64,000 nucleotides of DNA from Macrostomum lignano (GCA_002269645.1 NIVC01003329.1:39833-103832); one strand, 5' to 3'; counted from the first letter of the stretch, positions 23,805 to 37,000 are shown. The notes: generated by a model from the sequence alone, not told the origin. Made by a program: numbers and translations.

Positions 23805-25310
23805 GATTTGCAATTTCTGTTGCGCCTGGCATTTCCTGCCTTGCGTGCAGCGCTAAAACTTAACCTGTTTCTATATGTTTGTTCCTTTTGTTTTTTAGCT
23901 TGCATATACATGGCAATGAGGTTACAACAGCTGTTACTACTGCTCATGATTTTGCGCACGCACCGTTCTGAACAAATTAATTACAAGAATAGCGCAGCAT
24001 TCATCTGCAGCGTCAAAAAGACGACTCAAAGCTTTCAAAGGCTGTCTTGAGCTCGACTTTTACATTCAACTTTGCGTTAAAAAAAGTTGCAGCTACTTAT
24101 CAGCTTCAAAACGTTAGTAGTGCAAGTGCATTTATTTTCGCTTTCATAGAGAACTGCCGATTCGCCATTCTGTGTATACTCTATGGTAAAGAGTGAATCC
24201 AAGAGAGAAAGTTATCGCATAGATCGTATTTATTTAGCAGCGACTCTGCAGGTAAATATGCGTACAATAAACACTAATGAGAGAAAGCACATTAGATAGC
24301 ACATTAGATTGTAGAGAGTTACTAAAACCATGCCGTAATGTGTTATTTAAAGTAATACGAGCTACTCTAAGAAAAGTATATTTAAATCTGCAACCTACAG
24401 AGTCATGCCCAAATAGAGTGACTCAGAACCCCACCTAGGACCAACGTTTGTTTGATCAAAGAACTGGATTTCAGCAGCAGCGTTTGCTCAACTCCATAGT
24501 CCATATATGGTAATGCTCAAACATGCATGACATATAAGTGAAAATCCGAGTAAAAAATTCAGACTCGGAGCGGTCTCTAAGAAAACTTTGAATTGGAAAC
24601 AAAGAAGACCCATCTCTGAGAGACGAAATCCTGTCCTATTGGTAAGCGCTTACCGGATTTAGTTCTCTGTTACTAGTGTTAATAAGTTTATTGATTAAGT
24701 TTGCGAGAGCCGTTTACTGTCGACATATTTTTGAGAAAGGCCTCCTTGTTTTCTAGTCTAGGATGCATTCCTAGAGCTAGAGGATTAATTGATTAATTTG
24801 AGTTATCCATTGCGTTTCGGACGTAACGAAGAAGACGCCCTTCAGGAGAACCTCTTGCAGAAACTAAGAGAGTTCGATTGTTTTTTAAGGCGCACGTTCT
24901 ATTGTTAATTCCTACTGATAATTCTATTGTTAATAGGAATTAATCCTATTCTTTTGTTAATTAATAAGTAATTGTTACTCACGGAGGTAACACTTCAACG
25001 AAGCCAAACCAAAAAGCCAACGAGTTACAAAAAGATCCTCTCCAGTAAGAGTTATTTGATTTTGCAAATACCTAGGCACTTGCTCCCCAGTGTCTAGAAG
25101 TCGGAGTTTTCGAGTGACTGATCACCACTCTTACACTCTTCAAGATGCACATTGCATATTTACAACAGGGGTAAAAATCATTGTCACGCAAGCACTAGGC
25201 TAAAATTCTCCCCAACCAGAGATCCCCAGGGGATATAAAAAAGCACCACTACTAGGGTATCAGTTCAAATACCTGGTCCGCCAGAGCACAAAACTCAAGG
25301 ATCACAATTT

Positions 25311-26470
25311 TTAGCTAAAAATTCTGTTTCGGGCAGCTCTTGGATGATCTCGCGTGGCGATGCTACCGCTGGGTAGGCCGTCGCGCTGGCCGGCAGGTGC
25401 AGCAGCAGCAGTTTCGACCAGGGGCCCCAGCTCTGAGACGTGGCGCATGCAGGACTGCTCGCCACGTTGCAGGACCTGCTTGACTGTCCACGGACGTGGC
25501 CCGAGCGGCAGCTGCAGTTTGTTACGTGGTTGCTGCTTTTGCAGAACTCCGTTTCCGACTCTGACGCCGTGCTCCCTGACCCCCTTGCAATCATTGAACC
25601 GCGCCTTCATGTCCTGGACATAGTTTCTGTGCCAGCTCTTCACCTCTTCATGGTTGACCTCGATGAGCTGTGATGGGCTTGATGGTCGGGATGCTGTCGT
25701 TGATCGTCCTGCCCATGAGGAGCACGGCCGATGTGATGTGATGCGGAACGCCAGCAGGCAGTCCTCGAAGGCCTCCCATCAGTTACGACCTTTGGCCACT
25801 GCTGTCTGAATCACTTTCCCGATGCTGCAGTTGACTCGCTCCGTTTGATTCTGGGTGTAGCGGGCAGATGAGGCGGTGGTGGATGCTGTATAAGGCGAGG
25901 AAGCTGCGGAAAAGCTGCCGAGCTGAATGGCGGGCCGTTGTCAATGACCACCTCAATCGGGACGCCGTATCTGCCGAACAGCCTCCGCACGTAGGGGATC
26001 ACACTCTCCTTCGTCGTCGAGTTGAGTACGTTGACCTCTGGGTTCTCAGAGTACAGTTCAGTGGTGACGAGCATCATCTGGCCTTGCACTGGGCCGTAGA
26101 AATCCATGCCTAGCAGCAGCCAGGCATCGTCCGGAATATCCGTCGGCCTCAATGGTATCTGTCGCACTAATGGCCGCAGCCTGGCACAGTGTGCAGCACT
26201 TGACGAAGAGCTCGCATTCGCTGCGCATCCAAGGCCCCGGACCTTTGCCTGCAGCCGTTTAAGGGTGCGGTCGGCGCCCAGATGACCGGTGTCTGACAGC
26301 TGGAGGACTTAAGGACTGGAGGACCTGCGCAGCGACTCATGGATAACGATGAAGTCACCGCGGAGTAACACCCGGTCGATTTCCGACAGCTCACTGATGG
26401 AATTAAAGGAGCGCTGGGCCGCCGCTCGCATACCAGGAGTAAAAAATGCAAGCATTGGGCAGCAGGCGAC
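25311..26470 (-). pseudogene. Degenerate Ty3/Gypsy integrase
   Basis: ELSEIDRVLLRGDFIVI...GHLGADRT (zinc-binding region), GMDFYGP...RLFGRYGVP..VVIDNGPPF (rve core), LLMGR, C-terminal VGNGVLQKQQPRNKL; many frameshifts and stops. Confidence 0.85.
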
Positions 26471-26496
26471 TACAACTGCAACCTGGAAAAGTTTTA

Positions 26497-26740
26497 GTAA
26501 GTTCTCGAATCTCCCAGCGGACTCGCTGCCAATCGGTAGGTGTGAGTAAGTTCTCGAATCTCCCAGCGGACTCGCTGCCAATGGGTAGGTGTGAGTAAGT
26601 TCTCGAATCTCCCAGCGGACTCGCTGCCAATGGGTAGGGGTCAGTAAATTCTCGAATCTCCCAGCGGACTTGCTGCCAATGGGTAGGGGTCAGTAAATTC
26701 TCGAATCTCCCAGCGGACTCACTACCAATGGGTAAACGTC
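26497..26740. repeat. 49-bp tandem repeat, ~5 copies
   Basis: Unit GTAAGTTCTCGAATCTCCCAGCGGACTCGCTGCCAATGGGTAGGTGTGA. Confidence 0.92.
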
Positions 26741-27012
26741 CGTAAATTTTCGTGAAATTATTTTCGGCTTTCAACGCAAAGTAAAAAATTATTATTGAAG
26801 AGCGGCAACAGGTAGAATACAGTTGAGCCTTCAAAACGGACTTTGCGAAGAGTTGCTTTTCTGAATTGTGTTGAATGAGGTTTCGCCATAGACAAAAATG
26901 GTAGAAAATACTCGTACAGCTGGATTCGCGTTCAGTCTCGCTAAAGCATTTCGAGGCAAAAATCGGCTCTCCAGAAAAATTTAAACGATTTCCTTCTGCT
27001 TCATTTGTCCCT

Positions 27013-27357
27013 GTGGAACCATAACGGACACAAAACACTGATTGAGCAGTTACTGTGGAACCATAACGGAAGCAAAACACTGATTGAGCAGTTACTGTGG
27101 AACCATAACGGAAGCAAAACACTGATTGAGCAGTTACTGTGGAACCATAACGGAAGCAAAACACTGATTGAGCAGTTACTGTGGAACCATAACGGAAGCA
27201 AAACACTGATTGAGCAGTTACTGTGGAACCATAACGGAAGCAAAACACTGATTGAACAGTTACTGTGGAACTATAACGGAATCAAAACACTGATTGAACA
27301 GTAACTGTGGAACCATAACGGAATCAAAACACTGATTGAACAGTTACTGTGGAACCA
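27013..27357. repeat. 42-bp tandem repeat, ~8 copies
   Basis: Unit GTGGAACCATAACGGAAGCAAAACACTGATTGAGCAGTTACT, no spacers. Confidence 0.95.
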
Positions 27358-28151
27358 CAACAGAAACTACCAGAGGAAGCTGGAAGTTTCCTCGAGCTGA
27401 ACTCACGTCAAAAGTTACCGAAGGATCAAAATATGAAGGAAAGTCAATGGATTTCCTTTAAAAAGTGAAAATATGCACAGCCGTGCAGAAATTTGCGTGC
27501 TCATTTTGCGGGTCAAGAAAGAGCACACAACTCTGAAGGTCAAGTTCAACACACGTTTAAATACATGTAGAATTCTCTAAGTAGTTAATTTAGCATTCGA
27601 AAGTTGGAGCTCTCCAAAACTTTGAGTAGCTGAAAAGCCTCCGGAAAAAGCTGTGTTTCTTGAGCTATAGGAACGTCTGTTAATTGCAGTTTAGATGGCA
27701 TAGAATTGCTGTCTTTGCATGAGCCTTTTTGTGCATTGCTAATTTTTAATTTTGCCAGTTGCTTTTTTTAATTTAAATGCATCCTAATCATCCCGTCTGT
27801 AAAGACAGCCCCAAGGGAAGGGGAAAAATTATCGTGATTACTTACAATAATCCGTTTTGAGTTCTTCAATGTCTTCGGCCATTGATGCGCGACTTTGAGC
27901 CCCTCATAACTGCTGCAAGTATTTTATATAGCTCGCATACCGACAGCTCAAAAGGTCCGAGTACACGTGGCTTTAATTCGAAAATTTACCGAAACCAAAT
28001 TATCCAAGCCGAAGGGCTAAGAAAGGTCTTACATTACTTCACCTGCATCAGTACCACCTGCATCAATACCATCTGCATCAGTACCACCTGCATCAGTACC
28101 ATCTGCATCAGTACCACCTGCACCAGCTCCACCTGACCAGCTCCACCTGTA

Positions 28152-30103
28152 TCAGTCGCGAGCTTCAAACAGCAGCTGGTAGTCACCCGGCAGTCTCAAA
28201 ATGCCGGCCGTGCCCCGCAGAAGTTCCTGCCGCCGCTCGGCGAACCCGGCCGCCAGGCGGACGCGGAACCGCTGCAGCACGGCTGCGAACACCAGGTACA
28301 CCTGCATTCGAGCCAGCGACCTGCCTGCGCACGCCCGGAGACCCAGGGAGAACGGCACGTTCTTGCTGGCTCTGGCCCGGTCGAAGTTGCCCTCGGCCGT
28401 GAGGAATCCCTCCGGCAGGAACTCGTCGGGCCGGGGCCAAACCACAGCGTCTCGCGACATCCCGTAGACGAACGCGAAGATCAGCGCGTCGCTGGGGATT
28501 CGGTAGCCCCGGAATACGGTGCCGTCACCCACGGCCCGGTGGAACATCCCGAGAGGACTGAGCGACACCAGCCGGTAAACTTCTTCGATGACCGCGCAGG
28601 TCACGGGTAGCCGGTCTTTGTCCCGCATCAGAGGTCGCCGCTCGCGTCCGACAACTTTGTCCAGCTCTGCCCGCACTTTGGCCTGCCAGGCCGGCTCGAA
28701 GGCGGCGTAGAGCATCAGCCACTCCAGGCTGCGCGCGGTGGTGTCCGTGCCGGCGAAGAACAGATCCATCACCACCGAAATGATCTGACAATCAGCATTG
28801 CGTCATCGCAGATGAAAGATGTTCCTAATCGTAGATATATGCTCTAATCGCCCCACATCCAGCAATTCTGCCAATTCCGCTGACTCCTGAGCACATTCAT
28901 GTACAAGCGCGCCAATGCTGTACGCAGGCACTGAGCACACGCATGTACAAGCGCGCCAATGCTGTACGCAGGCACTGAGCACATGCATGTACAAGCGCGC
29001 CAATGCTGTACGCAGGCACGCTCTCATACACACCCTCAAGCAGGGTGCACAGCGGTCCTGCCGTGACTTACTAATTATCAGGCATGTACACTATCTTTGC
29101 CTTGGAGATTGGCTCTCAAGTATGTGAATCGTATGAACATATCGGCCCAGATACCCAGGTACATACATATTTACCTGTTGATCCTTGAATGTTTCGAAGT
29201 CCCCGCGAGCCTCCGCCCGGCTCCTTTCCTGGATGTAGACGTCGCACAGGACTCGGGCTGGAAGGCCTCCACGTCGGCTCCCATCAGCTCCCTGCGCTGT
29301 CGAATCTGACCCCGGATGAACTCCTGGTTGGCCGCGACCAGCCGGGTGAAGTCGCTGGTGTCCGGGATGAGCCGCACCAGCCAGTCCAGCGGGGGGAACA
29401 GAAACGACAGGCCCTGCAGCGGACGCGTGGCGAACAGGCCGCTGGCTGCGGAGCGAATGAAGTCCAGATCCGGGTCGCCACGCTTGAACTGTCGGCCGAG
29501 CGTCAGCGTGGCGATCACAGCGTTGCTGGCTTCGGAGAAAGTGTCCAGCACCTTCACTGGGCTGCCGGACTCGCTGGCCTCACGCAGGTCCGCCAGAATG
29601 TCATCCGTCTGGCTGTCGATCAACTTAGCCGAACCGTCTCTAGCGAAGCCGAAGTCCCTTAGTGTCCTCAGCGCGAGGCGCCGATGCATCTTCCACAGCG
29701 GACCTTCGCTGAACAGCAGGCCGCAGCCGCCGCTCTGCCGCTGGAAGATGGCAGCCTGGCACCTGCCCGTGTAGTTCTCATCCTGGAGCATCTCCTCCGC
29801 CATGGCCAAGTCGTTGACAATGACGAACCGCTGGGCGCCCAGCCTGTAGGAGATGAGCGGGCCGTACTGGTCGCACAGCCGGGCAATGGACTCGTGCATC
29901 CGGGTCGGGTCCATGCTCGGCAGTGACCCCAGCACCGGCCAGCCCCGGGGTCCCGGTGGCAGCGGCGGCTCGCTTTTCTTCCGCCTGCGAACGGCCCTGA
30001 GAAGCAGCGCACCCGCTGCCGCTCCCGATGCAAGGCCAGTCAGAAGGAGCAGCGGTCGGTTCTGGGCGCAGCCGAGGAGCCAGTCGCCCGCCTTCAGCAG
30101 CAT
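28152..30103 (-). CDS. Cytochrome P450, CYP2-clan-like, paralog B; complement(join(28152..28784,29175..30103)), with an apparent missing base at 29249-29251 (~520 aa corrected)
   Basis: PPGPRGWP, WKMHRR, AGTDTT, EEVYR, FSLGLRACAG. 390-bp intron at the same position and phase as in paralog A. Restoring one base gives PE(S/C)LCDVYI as in paralog A. Confidence 0.92.
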
Positions 30104-31031
30104 CTGCCTGTTCTGTGTTCCTGAGGCCCCCGACTTCAAGTTGAAACTTTAAGAAGTGTTTCCACTTGGCCCCATAATCGCATGATGTGGTTGGCGAAAC
30201 GATTATGTATAGTGCCTAATAGTAGTTGTATACTCGTAGTACCGTGTTTATAAGAATCGTACTCAGACCGAACTGTTCTCAAGCCTTTCCAGAGTTCCTT
30301 GCCTGTGAGAAAGTTCAGTTTTTTCATCTGTACATTCGCTAAGATTATGAGAGGCTTTCTTGGGTTCTCGTTCGTCTCTGCGGACACAGCTTCAAATACA
30401 CAGCTCACGCTCCAAGTACTTTCTATTGTGAAGCAAATTACTTTCGAATTCCAAGAAAACAGAAACAACTGTTTTGAGCTCAACTGTCTCTTTCAAATAA
30501 TTTCTTTATTGCCTGTAGTTTTTTGACACGTACACCCAGGCACACAAACTCTGTCTCGCTCTGTGCGTTCTCTTTTGTTCTTGTCAATCACCTGGCCGGC
30601 TCAGCGGAGCGCTCGCATAGCAGAGTTTGCGCAAGAGTACATGCCGATGGGGCTGCGTCTGCGTTTCATGCAGCTTCATGCATCCAAAAAAACATGCCGA
30701 TTCGGGTCCTTAGTCGGAGATTTTTTAGCGCGCTGACAAACTTGGAGAAAGTTTAATTGTTCAAGAAAAGAATGCAATTTCTGTTAGCTGTCAGATCTGT
30801 TTCCTCGGTGAGTCACCAATGATTCCCGGCTCAATCCCAGGTGGGTTGGGCTATTCAATAATTGGTTTGATTTTATTGGCTGTAATTGCAGCTCACCCAG
30901 GGAGCAGTTGGTAGGCATCATTGGCTAAGCTATCGATTTCATATTGACAGACCATAAAAGGCGACTTCAGTCTCGAGTAAACAAGAGACTTGGACCGAGC
31001 TCACTGTTCCGGTTGTTCTCAGCACATCGAA

Positions 31032-34000
31032 ATGGCGTCTTGGCAGCAGCAGCAGCAGCAGCAGTCGAAAGCCGAGCTGGGAAAGCTCCGACGCAATGCA
31101 CTGGTCTCCTTTGCTGAGAACACCTCAGCCCACGGAATCATGCACCTGACCCGGGGCTCAGGGGTCAGCCGCTTCATCTGGGTGGTGGTGATCGTGGGCG
31201 CCTGCGCCGGCTTTGCTCTGCACCTCAATGAGCTGGCCCAGCGGTACCTGAGCTACCCGGTGAGCACCGAGTTCTCCAGCGAGGGCGCCGACTTTCAGTT
31301 TCCGACTGTGACCATCTCCCCGACCTACTTCATCACTTACAACACACCTGCAATTGAAAGCAATTATTCAGTACCGGGTGAGGGTGCGATGCCTTGCCAG
31401 TGTGAGCAGATGGTTTTGCATATCTTTACGCATTTTAACTGCATGAAATCTCGCTTCTCTATGTAGGGCATTCCAGAAACCTGAACCAGATGATCTTCGA
31501 CATCGCGCTGCTGTTCTACCAGCTGAAGCTGGACAACTGGAACGTCTCCATGCCGCCGGAGGACTTTGACTCGTATTATGACGGAAAGCTGGGGCTGCGG
31601 TCCCTGGCATATCGAGGAGTTCTGTTCCAGCTGCCGCATGAGACGGTCATCTACTGCCGGTACAACTCGGAGCCCTGCTCCTATGAGAACTTCACCGTCT
31701 ACAAGGATGAGGACAGGTGAGAACAGAGTCAGATTTCATGTTAGTTAGAGAACTTTCAAAACTCTTCATACGAAAGTTAAACTAAACTTCAGGTTCATGT
31801 GCCTGTCCTTTAATCCACTGAACCGGACGATCACGCAAGCTGGTGAGGGCAGCGGGCTGTACTTAGTGCTGTACAACTACGGCTTCTCGTTTCTCACCAA
31901 TGCGGAGCTGGTGGACAATGTCCCCGGCTTCCGCGTGGCGCTGCACGAAAAAGGTAAGGCACTGTGCGATCCTGCAAATACGACGCAAACGCTTCATTTA
32001 CGATTCTAGGCCACAGTCACGTTTTCATCGGGCTAGCTTTGAGGGTTAGGGTGGTCGCGAGCTCGGTGCATTGGACGTCTGCATTTAATGACTTTCTCTA
32101 CTGGCAAATGCGGTCAATGCGGTCGTTCTATGCACAAGAGCTGAACCCGCCAGCCCCCGCACAAAATGCAGGCTTCAAGCCCGACATGGTCTCAAGCTTC
32201 AACGCTCTGTTCGGCTACAAGACCTCGGCCCAGGTGACCGTGCAAAGCGAAACGAAGGTCAATCGAGCGGCCGCGGCGTGCACTGAGGACCTTCCGAACG
32301 TCACCTACACGGGGAACTTCTCGATGCCTGGAAACTACGAGAACCAGAGCTTCTATGGAACAACTGAGGACTGCGTCATCAGAATCATGCAAGAGGAGTA
32401 CCGCAACACCTGTAGCTGCTTAGGAACTCACCTGCCGCTGCCTACGGACCTTATGAACGACACTGAAGTGTGCCACATGCTGCCTGAGGAGGTGGGGCCA
32501 TTGTACTCTGGTACAGAATAGTTAACAAAGCAGAAGAAATAAAATAAGCAAACCAGTCACGACAAACTTTGTTGCACTTCATTTCCAATGCAGGTGTTTT
32601 TCTTCGACATAAGGCATCGAAAAAACGCTTTGAACATGACGGAGTACATCATCACAAATCGGAGCTGGGTGTACAACACACTGACCGAGTACCTGCAGCA
32701 GAACTGGGACGTGTACAACCGCACTGCGCAGCGGGTCAAATGCTTCCACCGAGTGCTGCAGCGCCAGAAGACGCATGGCGTGTGGGCCAAGCAGTGCCCG
32801 GTTCGCTGCAGCAACACCCGCTACAGCGTCACCACCGGCGTGTCCACCTGGCCCCGTGACACAACGCTGGCGGTGGTCGCCGTGAGGGACTACGCCACCG
32901 AACTGCTCAAGAAACTCGCTCGCACCAACCTCTCCAGCTCGCGGCCGCAGATTCTGCACGACTACACTTCTTACATGATTGACAAAAAGTTCATCAGCGT
33001 GCTGGATCTGTACCCCAAGACCACCAAGATCAGCGTCTTCACCGAGTCGTTTGGATATCCTCTGAGGAATTTTTTCTCGGACTTAGGTGGCATTCTCGGT
33101 GAGTCCTAGCAGTTACCTAAATGTACGAGTAATCGCACCAAAACCTTTTTGGCCAGGGATTTCTTGACAAGTCTCGGGAGAACGACAATTTTCTGTCCCA
33201 GGTTGACGGCCACAATTTGACTGCCGACGAATTGGGAGCAATAGTGAGGCCTAATGCGAGCCTACGGGAATAGAGCCAGAGGGAATCTTCTTAGTGTAAA
33301 ACTAGCAATCTAGTGCGGCCCCCCTTCGGGGCGCCCAATAAGCACAGAGCAAAAATAGTTAATGGAAAACAATTAAAAAAGCACATTTTCTTAAACACCA
33401 ATTCCTTCTTAACTTTTAAAAATCACCTTATTCATGTAAAATTGTCACGGACAATGATATTTGCTATGAATCTATTTTTTTCTAAAATTAACAAATATAC
33501 AACAAAATATAACTTTCACAAAGATAACAGACATTACCCCTAAATAGAAAATATTCCCAAGACAGCAAGCATCCCTCCAGATCGCAAGCACCCCCTCCAA
33601 AGGTAAGCAACCGCAGATAGCAAGCATCCCCTAATACTCGTAGCAAGCATCCACCCAGATAGCGAGCATCCTGCAGACAGCAAGCATTTCCCAAATATTG
33701 TAGAATCATCCACCCAGATAGCAAGCATCTGCAGATAACAAGCATCCCCCAAATATTGTAGAAGCATCCACCCAGATAGCAAGCATCCCCCAAATATTGT
33801 AGAAGCATCCACCCAGATAGCAAGCATCTGCAGATAGCAAGCATCCACCCAGACAGCAAGCATTTCCCAAATATTGTAGAAGCATCCACCCAAATAGCAA
33901 GCATCTGCAGATAACAAGCATCCCCCAAATATTGTAGAAGCATCCAGCTAGATAGCAAGCATCCCCCAAATATTGTAGAAGCATCCACCCAGATAGCAAG

Positions 34001-37000
34001 CATCCCCCAAATATTGTAGAAGCATCCACCCAGATAGCAAGCATCTGCAGATAGCAAGCATCCACCCAGACAGCAAGCATTTCCCAAATATTGTAGAAGC
34101 ATCTACCCAAATAGCAAGCATCTGCAGATAACAAGCATCCCCCAAATATTGTAGAAGCATCCAGCTAGATAGCAAGCATCCCCCAAATATTGTAGAAGCA
34201 TCCACCCAGACAGCAAGCATCCCCCAGATAGCAAGCATCCACCCAGACAGCAAGCATCCTGCAGATACCAAGCACCCCCCAGATATTGTAGAAGCATCCA
34301 CCCAGACAGCAAGCATCCCCCAGATAGCAAGCATCCACCCAGACAGCAAGCATCCTGCAGATACCAAGCACCACCCAAATATTGCAGAAGCATCAACCCA
34401 GTTAGTAAGAATCCATAAAAAGCAAACATCCCTAGATAGAAAGAATCGCATACATATAGCCAAGCTTATCAAGCGCAGTAATCCTTTGTTTGCCAAGCGC
34501 AGTAATCATTGGTTTATCAAGTGCAGTAAGTCTTGGTTTATCAAGTGCAGAAATCCTTGGTTTATAAAGTGCCGTAAGTCTTGGTTTATCCAGTGCAGAA
34601 ATCCTTGGCTTATCAAGTGCAGTAAGGGGGTTTATCAAGTGCAGTAAGTTCTGGTCTATCAAGTGCAATAATCTTTAGCTTATCAAGTGCAGTAAGTCTT
34701 GGTTTATCAAGTGCAGTAATCCTTTGTTTATCAAGCGCAGTAGTCCTTGGTTTATCAAGTGCAATAATCCTTGGTTTATCAAGTGCGGTAAGTCTTGGTT
34801 TATCAAGTGCAATAATCCTTGGTTAATCAAGTGCAGTAATCCTTGGTTTATCAAGTGCAGTAGTCCTTGGTTTATCAAGTGCAATAATCCTTGGTTTATC
34901 AAGTGCGGTAAGTCTTGGTTTATCAAGTGCAATAATCCTTGGTTAATCAAGTGCAGTAATCCTTGGTTTATCAAGTGCAGTAATCCTTGGCTTATCGAGT
35001 GCAATAATCCTTGGCTTATCAAGTGCAATAATCCTTGGTTTATCAAGTGCAATAATCCTTGGTTTATCAAGCGCAGTAATCTTTGGCTTATCAAGTGCAA
35101 TAATCCTTGGTTTATCAAGCGCAGTAGTCCTTGGTTTATCAAGTGCAATAATCCTTGGTTTATCAAGTGCGGTAAGTCTTGGTTAATCAAGTGCAGTAAT
35201 CCTTGGTTTATCAAGTGCAGTAATCCTTGGCTTATCGAGTGCAATAATCCTTGGCTTATCAAGTGCAATAATCCTTGGTTTATCAAGTGCAGTAATCCTT
35301 GGCTTATCGAGTGCAATAATCATTGGCTTATCAAGTGCAATAATCCTTGGTTTATCAAGTGCAATAATCCTTGGTTTATCAAGTGCAATAATCCTTGGTT
35401 TATCAAGTGCAGTAATCCTTGGTTTATCAAGTGCAATAATCCTTGGTTTATCAAGCGCAGTAATCTTTGGCTTATCAAGTGCAGTAATCCTTGGCTTCTA
35501 ATCCATAATCCAGGTCTTTTTAATTAGTTTTTTTAATAAAAGCTTTCAATAAAAAAATTATGCTACTTTTATTCTTTTATACACTACTAAGATTCGAACC
35601 CAGGTAGCTGCATTAGCAGTCCAGTGTGTTTACATCTAGGCTAGCTCTCATCTAATATACTAAAAATGGTCTGTTTGTGTGTGCGTGTGTGTGTGTGTGA
35701 TCGATTTTAGCAAAAACGGCTCAACCGATTTTCTTCGAATTTGCACCATTCGATTAGAATTTTTTCCGTGACGATACATGCATCGTGGCTAAGAAATTGC
35801 TCGATGCTAAAGGGATTAAATATTCGAAAAACATGCTTTTTTGCAAAGGTCAAGCAGCTCTTTCGACTTGAAATGCATTGTAAGAATGCTAGCAGAAAAA
35901 CTGACTGGTTGAATTCTGATTCTGAAATAGATTGCATCACAATACACTTTATTTATCGTCTGTGTACTGGCTGAATTTGACACACAATTGAATTGCGTCA
36001 CAGCTTTGAGTGTGAAAGCATAGCGCAGTACTGAATTTATATTACGTAACCATATTGTTAACTTTCATAGACACTGGTACTGACTTGCCTAAGAAATTGA
36101 TTATGTCATAACTGCTTCGTGTGACTTTTTACTCTACCTGACTTGGTGTGAGTGTTGAATTATATAAGTGGTACAACATCACTGATAACTTCGATGAGAG
36201 CTAGCCTAGAGCTGAACAGACCAGACTGCTAATGCAGCGACCTGGGTTCGAATCTAAGTAGTTTAAAAGTAGTAGTGTAAATTTTTTTATTAAAAGCTTT
36301 TATTAAAGGACTAAATAAAAACACTTAGATTACTGCACTCAATAAGCCAAGGATTATTGCTATTAATAAACCAAGGATTAATGCACTTGATTAATCAAGG
36401 ATTATTGCTATTAATAAACCAAGGATTACTGCACTCAATAAGCCAAGGATTATTACGTCAGTTTGAGGCAGGTATCTGACTCTAACTGGTTTTAAACCCC
36501 CCCCGCGCCGGCCCGGCCTCGCTTTGGTGGGTTGGTGGGGTGCTGGTGCTCTGCGTGCGTGCAGGGCTTAGGGCAGCCTCCCCCCGCTCTGTGTTATTTA
36601 GTCACGCGTCGCGGCCGCTGAGTCGGCGTAATTTTGGCAAAATATTTTTAGCCTGCCTGATTTGCCAAGCACTGCACTCACAATGGACTCTACGTTGGGC
36701 AGCATGACCGTGCAGGCCCTCAAAGATGTCTTACGCGAGAAGGCCTTACCTACAAGTGGCAATAAAGAAGAGCTGATAGGCCGCCTGCTCGCTGCAAGCC
36801 AGGCCGAACGAGCTCCCAGCGATGACGACGGTGACGACGACCAGGACGAGGATGACGTGCGCCGGGCTGCGCCAGCGGAGGAGGCCACAGAAGCGCAGAT
36901 TCGGCAGACTCAGAAGAGGATCGAGCTGCTTAAACTGCAGAAGGCTGAGGCCCAGTTGCGGGATGAAGTGCAGTCGATCCGCAGTGGCGCCGCATCGCCC

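Larger units (their letters stand above)
20510..24185 (+). mobile_element. Internally deleted P-element-family DNA transposon (3676 bp) with nested insertions
   Basis: 27-bp TIRs (20510-20536 and 24159-24185, 25/27 identical, start CA). Perfect 8-bp TSD GTAAAGAG (20502-20509 and 24186-24193). THAP and transposase C-terminal remnants inside. Confidence 0.85.

Noticed and set aside
24980-25300. Possible 3' LTR of the Gypsy relic
   Set aside because: No polypurine tract and no second copy to define it
27013-27357. CRISPR-like appearance of the 42-bp, 49-bp (26497), 37-bp (56590) and 34-bp (61707) arrays
   Set aside because: Units are contiguous with no unique spacers, there are no cas genes, and the context is eukaryotic
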